Below are positions 20,327 to 29,501 of a DNA stretch of 64,000 bases, in pieces. Position numbers and translations under genes: made by a program. The stretch is from contig JBGANV010000011.1 of NCBI GenBank assembly GCA_044222185.1, positions 1 to 64,000 of the forward strand, written 5' to 3'. Below the pieces are notes generated by a model. That model did no database searches. It was given only the letters and a program-made list of their open reading frames with translations, and was not told where the DNA came from. Source of the DNA: Planctomycetota bacterium. GTDB taxonomy: Bacteria; Planctomycetota; GCA-002687715; CAIWVZ01. Position 1 is the stretch's first letter. The number at the start of each line of letters is the position of its first letter.

Positions 20327-23300
20327 TCACTGGATCGTGACGGCGGCGATCGGCGTGAACTGCCCAGGGAGCAGGAGCACCGGATCGTAGGTCCCCGTGA
20401 TCGCCCAGACCGTCGCGCCGCTCAGTCCGGAGAGAGTGCCGGCCGGGAGCACGAACACCGAGACACCATTGGCGTCGAGAGTGCCGACGAACGGCGGGAG
20501 CCCGAGGAGGAACTGATTCACCAGTTCCTCGATGGAGATGTGGAGGCCGTACCAGATCCCCGTGCCCGGGCTCGCCGCGTTCGCCGGATCGGCGCTGAAC
20601 GCCGTGAAGTAGTTCACCCCGGCAGGTCCGAACGCATTCGTCACCTGAAGCGATCCCGGCCCGAGCGGCTGCAGGAACGCCGCCGTGAAAGCGGGCTTCC
20701 AGCGCCCAACCTTTGGAATCGTGATCGAGCCGGACGTGTTGAACGCTCCGCCCGCAAAGAGGTCCGCGCAGCCGTCGCTGACGTGCACCTCGAGCGCCCG
20801 GATCGTGTTGTCGAACCCCGCGTCGAGCGCCGACCACGCGTCGTTCTGCCAGCGTGCGACGCGACTGGCTGCGACGGTCCCCGCCGCGGTGAACGTGCCC
20901 GCGGCGTAGACGCCCTGACCACTCCCGTCGTCGTACGGCGTGATCGCCCGGACCGAGCCGTCGGCCAGCCCGGCACCGAGCACGGACCACGTGGTGCCAC
21001 TCCACCGCGCGACCCGGCGAGCCGCGCCGATGCCCAACCCTCCGGTGAAATCGCCGCCGACGTACAGCGCCGCGCCGGCCGCATCCTGAATCGCCGCCAT
21101 GGTGCGAACGGCTCCGTTCGGCGTCGGCGCGCCGAGCGCAGCGAAACCTCCCGAGCCCCATCGCGTCAGGCGGGCATCGGGGACGTTGCCGCCGGCGTTG
21201 AAATCACCGCCGACGTACATCCACGGTCCGCTCCCGGCGTCGAACACCTCGAGCGCATGGACGGTCCCGTTCACGCCACCGCCGACCGTCGTCCAGGCGC
21301 TGCCGTTCCAACGCGCGAGTCCGGCGTTGCTGCCGGACATCGTGAACGTCCCGCCGACGAACAGCCGCAGTCCCGAACCGGCATCGAACGCCGTCAGTGC
21401 GCGAACGATCCCGTTGTCGATGCCCGTGGAGAAACCATGCCACGCGGTTCCGTTCCACGCGGCCACGCGGCGCGCAGAGACTCCGCCCGCGGTCGTGAAT
21501 TCGCCGGCGGCGTGAAGCTCGGGCCCGTTCCCGAGGTCGAGAACGGCAAGAGCATGGACGTTGCCGTTCACGCCGCCGCCGACCGGTTGCCACGTGCCGT
21601 TCGCCCACTTGGCGAGGTGAGCCACGGCAATCCCGCCGAGGCTCGTGAACGCACCACCGGCGTACAGTGCGGGGCCGCTTCCGTCATCGAAGGTCTCGAG
21701 CGCGTAGACGGCGTCGTTGGGCGCGCTGCCCACCGGCGCCCAGGCACGGTCAGCCGCCACGGTCACCGTGATCGGCACCTGGGCCGAGGCCGTCGAACCG
21801 CAGGCGTTGGTCGCGGTCACGTGGTAGAGGCCCGTGTCGACCGAGCGAGCCGGCGTCAGCGTCAGACTCGGACTGACGGCCCCCACGATCGGCGCACCAT
21901 CCTTGAACCACTGATACGCGATCGTCCCGCCGCCCATCGCCGCGACCGTCATCGTCGTCGTGCCGCCGGGGCAGATGGCGCCGGCGTCCGGCGGATCGAC
22001 GATCACCGGCGCGCCGACCGAGAGGTGAGCTGCCGCCGATACAGCACCACAAGCGTTCGTGACCGTGACGGCGTACGTCCCGGCGCTCGTTGGTGCGACC
22101 GCCGTGATCGAGAGTGTCGGACCGGTTGCGCCGGGGATCGGGGCCCCGTCGTGGAACCAGCCATACGTCACCGGGAGGGCACTCGTCGCCGTCACCGTGA
22201 ACGCGACGGAGCCGCCCGCGCAGGAGAACTGGTCCTGCGGCGGCGCCGTGATCTGCGGACGATCGCCCACCGACAGAGTCGCGATGTCGCTCGTGACCGT
22301 CCCACAGACGTTGGTGACGACCACGTGGTAGGTGCCCGAATCGGTCAGCGTCACGGACGTGATCCCGTAGCTGCTCGAAGTCGCGCCCGGAATCGGGACG
22401 GCGTCGTGAGCCCATTGGTACGAGATCGGCTCCGACCCGGTGGCCGCAACCGAGAACGTGACGGAGCCCTGGACGCAGCCGAGCTGGCTCGCCGGCTGCG
22501 CCGTGATGACGGGCGGCGTGAGGACCGTGAGGCTCCCGGACGCGGTTGCCGTCCCCGGGCACCACTCGTTCTTCACGCGAACGAGGATCGGCCCGGCGTC
22601 GGTGGCCGCGACGTTGGTCAGTGTCAGCGAATTGGAGTTCGTGTTGACCCACGCGCCGCTGCGAGGCGTCCACCAGTCGATGGTGTACGGGCCGCTCCCC
22701 TCGATCTGGATCGCAAACGTGGCGTCCTCGCCCAGGCACCTGGTCCCGTCGCCGGGCCCCGAGGTGATGAGGGGCGCCTCCACGACGGCCAGGTTGCAGG
22801 ACGCCATCGCCGTCCCCGTGCACCACGAGTTGTTGACGCGCACGGAGATGCCACCGGCGTCCGCCAGCGTCAGGTCGTTCAGCGTGATCGACGCCGCGTT
22901 GGGCGGACCGAATTGGCCCCCGCTGCGGGGCGTCGCCCACTCGATCGTGAACGGTCCGCTCCCTGCGACGACGATGGTGAACGTGACGTCCTGTCCCACG
23001 CAGCGCGTGGCGTCGGCGGGCCCTGCGGTGATCGCGGGTGGCGTCTTGACCGCGAGCGTTCCGAACGCCTCCGCCGTTCCGATGCAGGCGTTGTTCACGC
23101 GGACCGCGATCGCCCCGGCGTCCGCGAGCGTGAGGTCGTCGAGGGTGAGCGACATGGAGTTCGGTGGCCCGTACACTCCCCCACTGCGCGGGGTCGCCCA
23201 CTGGACCGTGTAGGGGCCGCCTCCCGTCGCTGTGATCGAGAACGTCACCGAGTCACCGACGCAGCGAGTCTGATTGCCTGGCCCCGACGTGATGACGGGC

Positions 23301-25534
23301 ACCTGGTCGACCGCCAGATCGCACCCCGCCGTCGCGGTCCCCGTACACCACGAGTTGTTGACGCGCACGGCGATCGCACCGGCATCCGCGAGCGTCAGGG
23401 CGTTCAACGTGATCGACGTGGCGTCCGGCGGACCAAAGACGCCTCCACTCCGCGGGGTCGCCCATGCGATCGTGAACGGGCCGCTGCCCGACACGGCGAT
23501 GCTGAACGTGACGGAGTCGCCCACGCAGCGGACGGCGCCGACGGGGCCCGACGTGATCACGGGCGGCGTCTTGACGACGAGGCTGCCGAACGCTTCGGCG
23601 GTCCCGATGCAGGCGTTGTTCACCCGCACGGCGATCTGGCCCGCGTCGGCAACCGCGAGGGCGTCCAGGGTGATCGACGTTGCGTTCGGGGGTCCGTAGA
23701 CGCCCCCGCTCCGCGGCGTCGCCCACTGGATCGTGTACGGCCCGCCGCCCGCGACGCTGATGCTGAACGTGACCGAATCACCGACGCAACGCGTCTCGAT
23801 CCCCGGACCGGACGTGACGGTCGGCGAAACGTTGACGGCCAGTGTTCCCGAGGCCTCGACGGGGCCACCGCAAGGGCCCGTCACGCGCACGCGGATCGGG
23901 CCGACGTCGAGCGCCGTCAGCATCGTCAGCGTCAGCGACGGTGCGTTGGGCGGGCCGAACACCCCGAAGAATCGAGGCGCGGCCCATTCATAGATGAAGG
24001 GCCCCGTTCCGGCCACGGAGACGCTGAACGTCACCGAATCGCCGGCGCATCGCACGGCATCGCCCGGTCCGGACACGATCACGGGCGGCGCCATGATCGT
24101 GAGCGTGGCGCTTGCTTCGGCCGTTCCCGTGCAAGCGTTGTTGACGCGTACCGCGATCGTCCCGGCATCCGCGGGTCCGAGGTCGTCGAGCATGATCGCC
24201 GTGGCGTTCGGAGGTCCGAAGACCCCTCCGCTCCGCGGCGTCGCCCATTGGATCGAGTAGGGTCCGCCACCGCTGACCGAGATGCTGAACGTCGCCGAGT
24301 CGCCGGCGCAGGCTGCGGCGTTCGCCGGTCCAACGGTGATGACCGGCGGCGTGTTGATCGACAGCGTGCCGAACGCCTCCGCCGTTCCGGTGCACGCGTT
24401 GTTGACGCGCACGGCGATCGAGCCGGCATCCGCGAGCGTCAGGTCATTCAGGGTGAGTGAGGTCGCGTTGGGCCCGCCGTAGACACCGCCGCTGCGCGGC
24501 GTCGCCCACTGGATCGAGTAGGGGCCGCCGCCGGCGACCGAGATGGTGAACGTCACCGACGATCCGACGCAACGCGTCGCATCGCCCGGTCCTGCCGTGA
24601 TCGACGCGCCCGTCGACAGATCGAACGTCGCCGGATTGCTGGTGACGGACCCGGTCGGGTTGCAGACGACGACGTCATAGGTGCCGACCTGCGACGATTG
24701 GGCCTGGAACTGAAGGGTGGGTGAAGTGGCGCCCGGGATCGCGGTCCCGTCCTTGCGCCATTGGTAACCGAGGTAGGAGCCCGTGGCCGCCGCGTTGAAC
24801 GTGACCGTGGATCCGGCCGTGCAGGTGGTGACGCTCTGTGGGTGCGCCGTGATCACCGGCGCGGCGACCGGCGCATCGAGTTGGAGCGAGATCAGTTCGA
24901 AACACGCATCGGGCAGACAATTCGCGCCCGGCTCCCCGGCATACGTGTTCACGGTCGCGACGAGCCGCGAGATTCCAACGGGGGATCGGACTCCGAATGC
25001 GCATTCCGGCGCGTGGCTGTAACCCCCAGGGTGGCTGTCGTACGGACCCGCCGAGAACGTCGTGTCGTCAGCGCGGGTCACCTCCATCGTGAGGCTCTGC
25101 GCGCACTGGTAGCAGTCGTCCCAGAACTGGGTCATGAACCCATACACGGGCGGGTAGAAGACGAACTCGAGCTTCCGCGCGAGAGGCGTCCCGTTGAGGA
25201 TTCCCTGGAAGTAGTTCCCGCCGTCTTCGAGCCAGACGACAGCGGCCGTGCTCGAGATCGTGGCACCGCTCGCGTCGAGGAGATTCACGTCGACCGTCGT
25301 GTTGCCGACCTGGAACGACCCGACCGTGCCGGGCGGATTGAGGAACGGCCACGAATTCGGGTAGGGCGCGTTCATCGAGCTCACGGCCTGCGTCCATGCC
25401 GTCATGGTCGCGGACTGCGCCGCGGAGTCGCCGCCACTCGCATACAGTTGCTCGGCGAACGGCGGACAGGGTGCCTGGGAACGAAGAAGGCTCGAGACGA
25501 CAACCGCCAGGAGGACTGAAGCATGTCGCGACAT
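20327..25534 (-). CDS. Large secreted protein: N-terminal domain, about 12 Ig-like domains, beta-propeller, C-terminal domain (1735 aa)
   Basis: Signal peptide MSRHASVLLAVVVSSLLRS/Q; Ig motifs YQWRKDGTAIPGATS..GTYDVVV; eight WATPRSGG-type Ig repeats; blades LYAGGAFT...AKW.G..W..VGGG. Confidence 0.88.
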   Translation of the reverse strand: MSRHASVLLAVVVSSLLRSQAPCPPFAEQLYASGGDSAAQSATMTAWTQAVSSMNAPYPNSWPFLNPPGTVGSFQVGNTTVDVNLLDASGATISSTAAVVWLEDGGNYFQGILNGTPLARKLEFVFYPPVYGFMTQFWDDCYQCAQSLTMEVTRADDTTFSAGPYDSHPGGYSHAPECAFGVRSPVGISRLVATVNTYAGEPGANCLPDACFELISLQLDAPVAAPVITAHPQSVTTCTAGSTVTFNAAATGSYLGYQWRKDGTAIPGATSPTLQFQAQSSQVGTYDVVVCNPTGSVTSNPATFDLSTGASITAGPGDATRCVGSSVTFTISVAGGGPYSIQWATPRSGGVYGGPNATSLTLNDLTLADAGSIAVRVNNACTGTAEAFGTLSINTPPVITVGPANAAACAGDSATFSISVSGGGPYSIQWATPRSGGVFGPPNATAIMLDDLGPADAGTIAVRVNNACTGTAEASATLTIMAPPVIVSGPGDAVRCAGDSVTFSVSVAGTGPFIYEWAAPRFFGVFGPPNAPSLTLTMLTALDVGPIRVRVTGPCGGPVEASGTLAVNVSPTVTSGPGIETRCVGDSVTFSISVAGGGPYTIQWATPRSGGVYGPPNATSITLDALAVADAGQIAVRVNNACIGTAEAFGSLVVKTPPVITSGPVGAVRCVGDSVTFSIAVSGSGPFTIAWATPRSGGVFGPPDATSITLNALTLADAGAIAVRVNNSWCTGTATAGCDLAVDQVPVITSGPGNQTRCVGDSVTFSITATGGGPYTVQWATPRSGGVYGPPNSMSLTLDDLTLADAGAIAVRVNNACIGTAEAFGTLAVKTPPAITAGPADATRCVGQDVTFTIVVAGSGPFTIEWATPRSGGQFGPPNAASITLNDLTLADAGGISVRVNNSWCTGTAMASCNLAVVEAPLITSGPGDGTRCLGEDATFAIQIEGSGPYTIDWWTPRSGAWVNTNSNSLTLTNVAATDAGPILVRVKNEWCPGTATASGSLTVLTPPVITAQPASQLGCVQGSVTFSVAATGSEPISYQWAHDAVPIPGATSSSYGITSVTLTDSGTYHVVVTNVCGTVTSDIATLSVGDRPQITAPPQDQFSCAGGSVAFTVTATSALPVTYGWFHDGAPIPGATGPTLSITAVAPTSAGTYAVTVTNACGAVSAAAHLSVGAPVIVDPPDAGAICPGGTTTMTVAAMGGGTIAYQWFKDGAPIVGAVSPSLTLTPARSVDTGLYHVTATNACGSTASAQVPITVTVAADRAWAPVGSAPNDAVYALETFDDGSGPALYAGGAFTSLGGIAVAHLAKWANGTWQPVGGGVNGNVHALAVLDLGNGPELHAAGEFTTAGGVSARRVAAWNGTAWHGFSTGIDNGIVRALTAFDAGSGLRLFVGGTFTMSGSNAGLARWNGSAWTTVGGGVNGTVHALEVFDAGSGPWMYVGGDFNAGGNVPDARLTRWGSGGFAALGAPTPNGAVRTMAAIQDAAGAALYVGGDFTGGLGIGAARRVARWSGTTWSVLGAGLADGSVRAITPYDDGSGQGVYAAGTFTAAGTVAASRVARWQNDAWSALDAGFDNTIRALEVHVSDGCADLFAGGAFNTSGSITIPKVGRWKPAFTAAFLQPLGPGSLQVTNAFGPAGVNYFTAFSADPANAASPGTGIWYGLHISIEELVNQFLLGLPPFVGTLDANGVSVFVLPAGTLSGLSGATVWAITGTYDPVLLLPGQFTPIAAVTIQ

Positions 25535-25786
25535 GGCATCACTTCTTTCCCCGGCCGGAACAGCCCGAACTGATCTGCCAGCCGGACTCGACGCACGACG
25601 CCCGCCCCTCGCGCCCGAAGGGCTCGCTTGGCTTTCGACTGAAGGCTAGGTCTCTCGGTCCGCCCGCGCAGCTGTCGTTGTGCGTACCTGCGAAATGCCC
25701 GCGATCGCGTCATTGCGAGCCTGAGACCCGCGATCGGGGCGACGCGCAACGCGCGTCGGATGACGACCCCAGGCCGGGGAGTTGCG

Positions 25787-28441
25787 TCAAGGCTGAACGG
25801 TAACGGAGAGCGCCGCCGAGGCGGAGACTCCACCGGGGGCGCACGGGTCGGCCCAGGCGAACTGGCCGTAGGCGAATGCACCAACGGGGACACTCGGTGG
25901 GATCGGAAGCCCAACCTCGCACACTCCCAGCGCATTCGACGTCACAGGGACGGCCAGAAACACCGACGCCTGCGGGTCGATCCAGATTGAAGCCCCGAAC
26001 GCCATCAGTGGTGTGGGTCGGACGGCTGCGCTGATGCCGAGCACGCCACCGCTGCTGAGGGCGGGCAGACCGCTGCACGTCAACGAGAACCCCGCGTTGC
26101 CGGGTTGAGGCATGGAGGAGACCCCGCCGACGGGAAGGCCGAGACATCCGGCGGTGGGAGCTCCGTATCGGGTGACGCCAGTCGGAAGGCCATCGAGTTT
26201 GAAGAGAAACCCGTCGAGGGCGCCTGGCGGAGATGGCAGCAGACTTCCCGCAGTGGCGGCGAAGCCGAACCCAGCGGACGTGGAGCCGACACCGACGATC
26301 GCGCCGCTGGGGTCGATGGCGCATCCGCCGAGCCCGGTGCCGAGGGTGGCTCCAAGAGTCAGGCGGTCACCTTCAGCCGAGAGGCGGTACAGGAATCCCG
26401 CGACCTGAGTCGCCGTTGCCGTCGCCGCGTAGTACCCACCCGCCGGCGTTGGCAGATCCGTCGATCCGGACTGCCCAGCGATGAGGATCTCGCCGGCCTG
26501 CGTGAGTGCGATTCCGGCGTCCGCAGGATAGTCGTTGCCACTGCCCCCGAGGTAGGTCGAAAACCCGAGCGATGTCACCGCGTTGTCGAGTCGCAACGCA
26601 AAGACGTCCAAATAACCATTCCACGTCGTGTCAAAGGCACCGGCGGTCGTCGGGAAGTCCGATGACGAAGTGCGGCCGATGACGACGGTCCGGCCGAGGG
26701 AATCGACGGCAAGTCCGCTGGCTTCATCGTTCGCTGAGCCGCCAAGGAAGGTCCCGTAGACCACCGTCGAGAGCGTTGGGTCGAGGGCGAGGAGGACGCC
26801 GTCGCTGCCGCCGTTGAACGTCGGATCGAAGGACCCAGGAGCGACGGGCCACTGCGCGGAACTCGTCCAGCCGGCGACCCAAACCTGGCCTTGCGAATCG
26901 ACGACTACATCCTTGAGCGAATCAGTGCCATTCGTTCCGAGGAAGGTCGAGTGGAGGAGCGTCGAGCCGTTTGCGCTCAGCTCCGAAACGAACGCGTCGT
27001 GCGTCGGATTGCTGCCATTGACGAACCCGCCGACGAAGGTCGTGGAGTAGGCGCCAGGAGTGACCGGAAACGTTGGATTGCGCGTCGTCCCCACCACGAT
27101 CACCGTCCCGGTCGCCGTCACGGCGATTGCGCTGGCTTGATCTTGAAGAGGCGCACCGAGGAACGTCGACCAGATGAGGGCGTTCCCTGCCGCCGCCAGC
27201 CGCAGAACAAACAAGTCAGCGAAGTTCGCGTTGCACGAACCACAACATGTGGTTTGGAATGCACCCGGGGTCACAGGGAAGTCGAATGAAGGCGTGTTCC
27301 CGCAAACCACCACGTCGCCGCTCACCAGTGCAAGATCCGACGTCCCGAGGCCATCGTCGCACATGCCTCCGATGAAGGTCGACCAGACGAAGCTGGCGCC
27401 ATTCTGCGTCGTGCGTGAGATGACCATGTCTCTGTTCGCGCCGGTCGGCGAAATCGCGTGCGACGGCTGGAATGCCCCGACGGTCGCAGGATAGTCCACA
27501 GAACTCGAGGATCCCAGCAGCGTCAGGTCGCCGTTCCCCGAGGCTTCCACTCTGCCGATATCGTCGTCGCCAGTTCCCCCCAACCACGTCCCCCAAGTGA
27601 GCCCAGGGTCGATCACGAGGGGCAGGCTCGGATCGGCTCCGTCGACTCGGAACGCGAAACGAACGTCGTCGATGACCTGGAAACGACACGGCCTGCTGAC
27701 CGTCGTGCCGTCCAGCATCACCTGATGCGCCTTCGGGGCACTCTGCCGTAGGTCTCCGGCCGGCGTCGGCATGATCAATGAGCCGTCGCCCTCCAGAGAG
27801 AGTCGGCTGATCCCGTCGCATCTCACGATCACGGCGCCGGGGTCGACGCCCGCCGCCACGACCAGGTCGTATTCCATGAATCCCAGCCCCTGGCGCGCGA
27901 CGACATCGACCCCCGGTCGCATCTCCCTCCAACGAACGCGTGCGAATCCAGGAACGTCCGTTCGCCATCCGGCCGGATCGTTCCCGATGAAGTAGTTGAA
28001 GCGCGACGCAGCCAGGTCCTCGCCAGCGGTTCCGGCTGCTGCGCTGCCCTCGAACCGCATGGCCACGGAGATTGCCGCCGAACGGGTCATGGATGGATGC
28101 GACTCATCATCGTCGAGCCGATTCGCACGACGCGGTGCGTTTGGCTGAGACACGGCTCGGCTCAGGATCCACCCATCACGCTCGACCCAGGTCGTGACGC
28201 CGCAAGCTCGGAGCTGATACAGGACCGGCGCCGGCCACTGGCCGCAGTTCTTGACGAAGAGCGGCGCCGACACGGGCATCGTAGTCACGGCTGGCGCGAC
28301 TGTCGGTGACGTGCCCGCGGGGACGACCGCCTGTCGATGCTGCGCCGCCGCGACGGTCCACAGCGCCATGACGAGCAGGACGAGTCGCAAGATCGAGTGC
28401 ACGCGGGCGCAGCGCATTCCACATCCCAGTCCGACAACCAT
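25787..28441 (-). CDS. Secreted SBBP-repeat beta-propeller protein
   Basis: ATG 28441 after GGAGG (start uncertain); FVKNCGQW, NYFIGNDPAGWRTDVP, LVIDP..WGTWLGG; repeats STFLGG..D...G.T.S.DFP.T.GAF. Confidence 0.85.
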   Translation of the reverse strand: MVVGLGCGMRCARVHSILRLVLLVMALWTVAAAQHRQAVVPAGTSPTVAPAVTTMPVSAPLFVKNCGQWPAPVLYQLRACGVTTWVERDGWILSRAVSQPNAPRRANRLDDDESHPSMTRSAAISVAMRFEGSAAAGTAGEDLAASRFNYFIGNDPAGWRTDVPGFARVRWREMRPGVDVVARQGLGFMEYDLVVAAGVDPGAVIVRCDGISRLSLEGDGSLIMPTPAGDLRQSAPKAHQVMLDGTTVSRPCRFQVIDDVRFAFRVDGADPSLPLVIDPGLTWGTWLGGTGDDDIGRVEASGNGDLTLLGSSSSVDYPATVGAFQPSHAISPTGANRDMVISRTTQNGASFVWSTFIGGMCDDGLGTSDLALVSGDVVVCGNTPSFDFPVTPGAFQTTCCGSCNANFADLFVLRLAAAGNALIWSTFLGAPLQDQASAIAVTATGTVIVVGTTRNPTFPVTPGAYSTTFVGGFVNGSNPTHDAFVSELSANGSTLLHSTFLGTNGTDSLKDVVVDSQGQVWVAGWTSSAQWPVAPGSFDPTFNGGSDGVLLALDPTLSTVVYGTFLGGSANDEASGLAVDSLGRTVVIGRTSSSDFPTTAGAFDTTWNGYLDVFALRLDNAVTSLGFSTYLGGSGNDYPADAGIALTQAGEILIAGQSGSTDLPTPAGGYYAATATATQVAGFLYRLSAEGDRLTLGATLGTGLGGCAIDPSGAIVGVGSTSAGFGFAATAGSLLPSPPGALDGFLFKLDGLPTGVTRYGAPTAGCLGLPVGGVSSMPQPGNAGFSLTCSGLPALSSGGVLGISAAVRPTPLMAFGASIWIDPQASVFLAVPVTSNALGVCEVGLPIPPSVPVGAFAYGQFAWADPCAPGGVSASAALSVTVQP

Positions 28442-28619
28442 GATCCCATTCCTCCATCGCCGGAATTCCGACGACCAGCAGACTGACCTCGAGCGCTCTT
28501 GGCGCCGGCGATCAGCCGGCGCGCTGGCCCTTCCGCCGGCGCCAACCGTCACGAGCTGCGATCCCGTGTAGCCGTGCCAGGCCCGCGTGCGGCTGGATGG
28601 CCGGCCCCACCGTCCTCGC

Positions 28620-29075
28620 TCATGGCCTGACCATCAGGAATCGGATGTTCGAACTCTTGAGGATCAGGCTGGCCTGACCACTTTGCGATGGGATGACGTC
28701 GCCGTTGGCATCGACGACGAAGAGCACGGCCCACGCTCGGTTGCCACGTGTGTCTGAGGACCAACGGCTGCCCGTCCCGTTGTTCGTGTGAGGAATGGTG
28801 CCGTTCTGGATGGCAGCTTGAAGTTCCGCCTGTGTTGGCAGTCGCCAGTCGGTGAACCCGCCCTCGGTCGAGCTCGCGGCGTAGTTGGTGGCCCATTGCC
28901 AATTCGCGTTGCCGAGGACCGGCTCGCTCCATGTGAGTACGGTCGCGGCCGCGGCTACCGGCGAGGCAACTCCTCCCGGAACAGAAGAGGTCGAAGGCGC
29001 AGAACTCGCCGCGACCGACGAGAGAATCCACAAAGACAGGCTGAGCACGGAACCAAGGCTGAGCATTGCGGACAT
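28620..29075 (-). CDS. Small secreted DUF1566 (Lcl-like, C-type-lectin fold) protein
   Basis: ATG 29075 after GGAG; hydrophobic leader; LTW, NWQWA, GFTDWRLPTQAEL, WSS..AWAVLF, C-terminal VR. Confidence 0.8.
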   Translation of the reverse strand: MSAMLSLGSVLSLSLWILSSVAASSAPSTSSVPGGVASPVAAAATVLTWSEPVLGNANWQWATNYAASSTEGGFTDWRLPTQAELQAAIQNGTIPHTNNGTGSRWSSDTRGNRAWAVLFVVDANGDVIPSQSGQASLILKSSNIRFLMVRP

Positions 29076-29153
29076 GGGGTTCACTCTCCGAATGTCGGAC
29101 CGATCGACGGGCGCCGGGGTTCGTCCAGACGCCAAGCCACTTGCCTCCACTCC

Positions 29154-29190
29154 AACGGCGCGGCGGTTTTCGCGGGTCACTTTTTGAAAA
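29154..29190 (-). promoter_or_regulatory. Candidate ECF-type promoter upstream of the DUF1566 gene
   Basis: Minus strand TTTTCAAAAA-GTGACC-N17-CGTT; AT-rich tract stands out in GC-rich DNA. Confidence 0.35.
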
Positions 29191-29501
29191 TCCGGGCATT
29201 CGCGCGGGCGCAGGGGCGCCACCGGGACCAGGGTCGCGACCTGACCGCATCGGATCGACCGGCCGGGGCAGTCGCGAATGACGTCCGGCCCGGAGATCGC
29301 GTTGATCCAGCGCGTGCCGATCCCGAGTCGGGCACGAGAGGCCATGAGCGCGGCTTCGAAAACCTGCGACGCCACCAGAGACCAAGCGCACCGTAGTCGA
29401 GGCTGCGTGCGATTGCAGGCGAGAGAGTCCGTCTTTCCCCACCGACGTGAGTCCGTAGCCGACCGTCGTACCGGGCCGCCTTGGCGTTCCCGATGGGCGA
29501 T

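Noticed and set aside
20540-24460. 1306-aa plus-strand ORF and similar Arg-rich ORFs (17666..19699, 33809..35977, 35967..37988, 40462..42633, 47827..49701, 58206..60002)
   Set aside because: Low-complexity Arg/Gly/Ala shadows overlapping well-supported genes; typical of high-GC DNA
28620-28780. DUF1566 C-terminus as a further DGR target
   Set aside because: No second copy to compare, no template, and the 13-mer seen after the FGE genes is not present after its stop
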